From a virus (Duplodnaviria; Caudoviricetes), in IMG/VR virus record IMGVR_UViG_3300033067_000719, positions 1-34,230 of that record: a stretch of DNA of 34,230 nt; one strand, 5' to 3'. Below, piece after piece: positions 33,755 through 34,230 of this stretch. The position numbers and the translations under genes were made by a program. Within the stretch, counting starts at the first letter, position 1; each line of letters begins with the position of its first letter. A model generated the notes under the pieces. That model was not told the DNA's origin, did no database searches, and saw nothing but the letters and a program-made list of their open reading frames with translations.

Positions 33755-34230
33755 ATGGTTCAAAAAGTCACTCCTACAGTCTATCTGTACAACTCTACTC
33801 ACAACTTGTATGCTGTCTTAGTGCAGCGTACAGGTTCGGCGGGTGTTAAATATTTCTTTGTGTCTGCAAACGCATCGGCGGGCATCTTACCACCACCTTA
33901 TGCACATCGGTACGGTTCGGAATGGGATACAGCGGCGCAGGCGCAATCGAATATCCCTTCGGGCTTTACCGTCGTGCCTGCTCCAGAATCGTGCAATATG
34001 AGCATAGCAGTCGCTGTCGCAATTTTCGAGGGAATAAATATAAGTGTATTTAGCTCACCCGTGGGTGCAACAAGTTGGACTTTGCAAGTATCAACAGACG
34101 GTTCGATATTCACGACCGCAAAGACAGTTAGTTCCCTACTACCTAACAACTCGACAGGGAGCGGTGGCAATCCTACAGCGGACGGCGAAATCTACTATCA
34201 GGTCGCCACGTCGGGGCTTTATTACTTTCG
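33755..34230 (+). CDS. Putative tail/structural protein, 3'-truncated by the window edge
   Basis: ATG at 33755, open to the edge (MVQKVTPTVYLYNSTHNL...WTLQVSTDGSIF..); beta-rich. Confidence 0.75.
   Translation, partial: MVQKVTPTVYLYNSTHNLYAVLVQRTGSAGVKYFFVSANASAGILPPPYAHRYGSEWDTAAQAQSNIPSGFTVVPAPESCNMSIAVAVAIFEGINISVFSSPVGATSWTLQVSTDGSIFTTAKTVSSLLPNNSTGSGGNPTADGEIYYQVATSGLYYF

Noticed and set aside
1-34230. Stop-codon recoding
   Set aside because: Long intact ORFs and tight gene packing under code 11, with all three stops used at gene ends; no suppressor tRNA.
1-34230. Lysogeny module (integrase/CI) and holin-spanin cassette
   Set aside because: None recognisable in this window; they may lie outside it, so lifestyle cannot be called.

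Overview
This 34.2-kb window is most of the genome of a long-tailed (siphovirus-type, HK97-fold) dsDNA phage or prophage. The host is probably Bacteroidota: several TTTG-N19-TAnnTTTG promoters, A-rich leaders without Shine-Dalgarno motifs, and a Q-rule signal peptide all point that way. The left arm (1-15.0 kb, minus strand) holds early and replication genes: YopX, a signal-peptide GH24 lysozyme, a Sak4-like ATPase, SSB, a primase-polymerase/helicase, a Rha-like regulator, a MazG-like protein, a VRR-NUC nuclease and many small hypotheticals. An iteron-like region (15.05-15.36 kb) separates it from the plus-strand morphogenesis arm (terminase, portal, MuF, protease, capsid, connectors, tail tube, frameshifted chaperones, tape measure, a 2035-aa tail protein). 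The most unusual feature is an antisense cassette of about 1 kb between the MuF and prohead-protease genes. It has a promoter motif, a 54-aa HTH-like gene, a terminator-like hairpin, four tRNA-shaped RNAs with no canonical anticodon arm, and a closing terminator. Three of the four RNAs share the same acceptor, D and T scaffold but carry unrelated cores of 20, 51 and 89 nt, and two are preceded by a covarying TGACA/GARAGA hairpin. All calls come from reading the sequence; no database searches were run.
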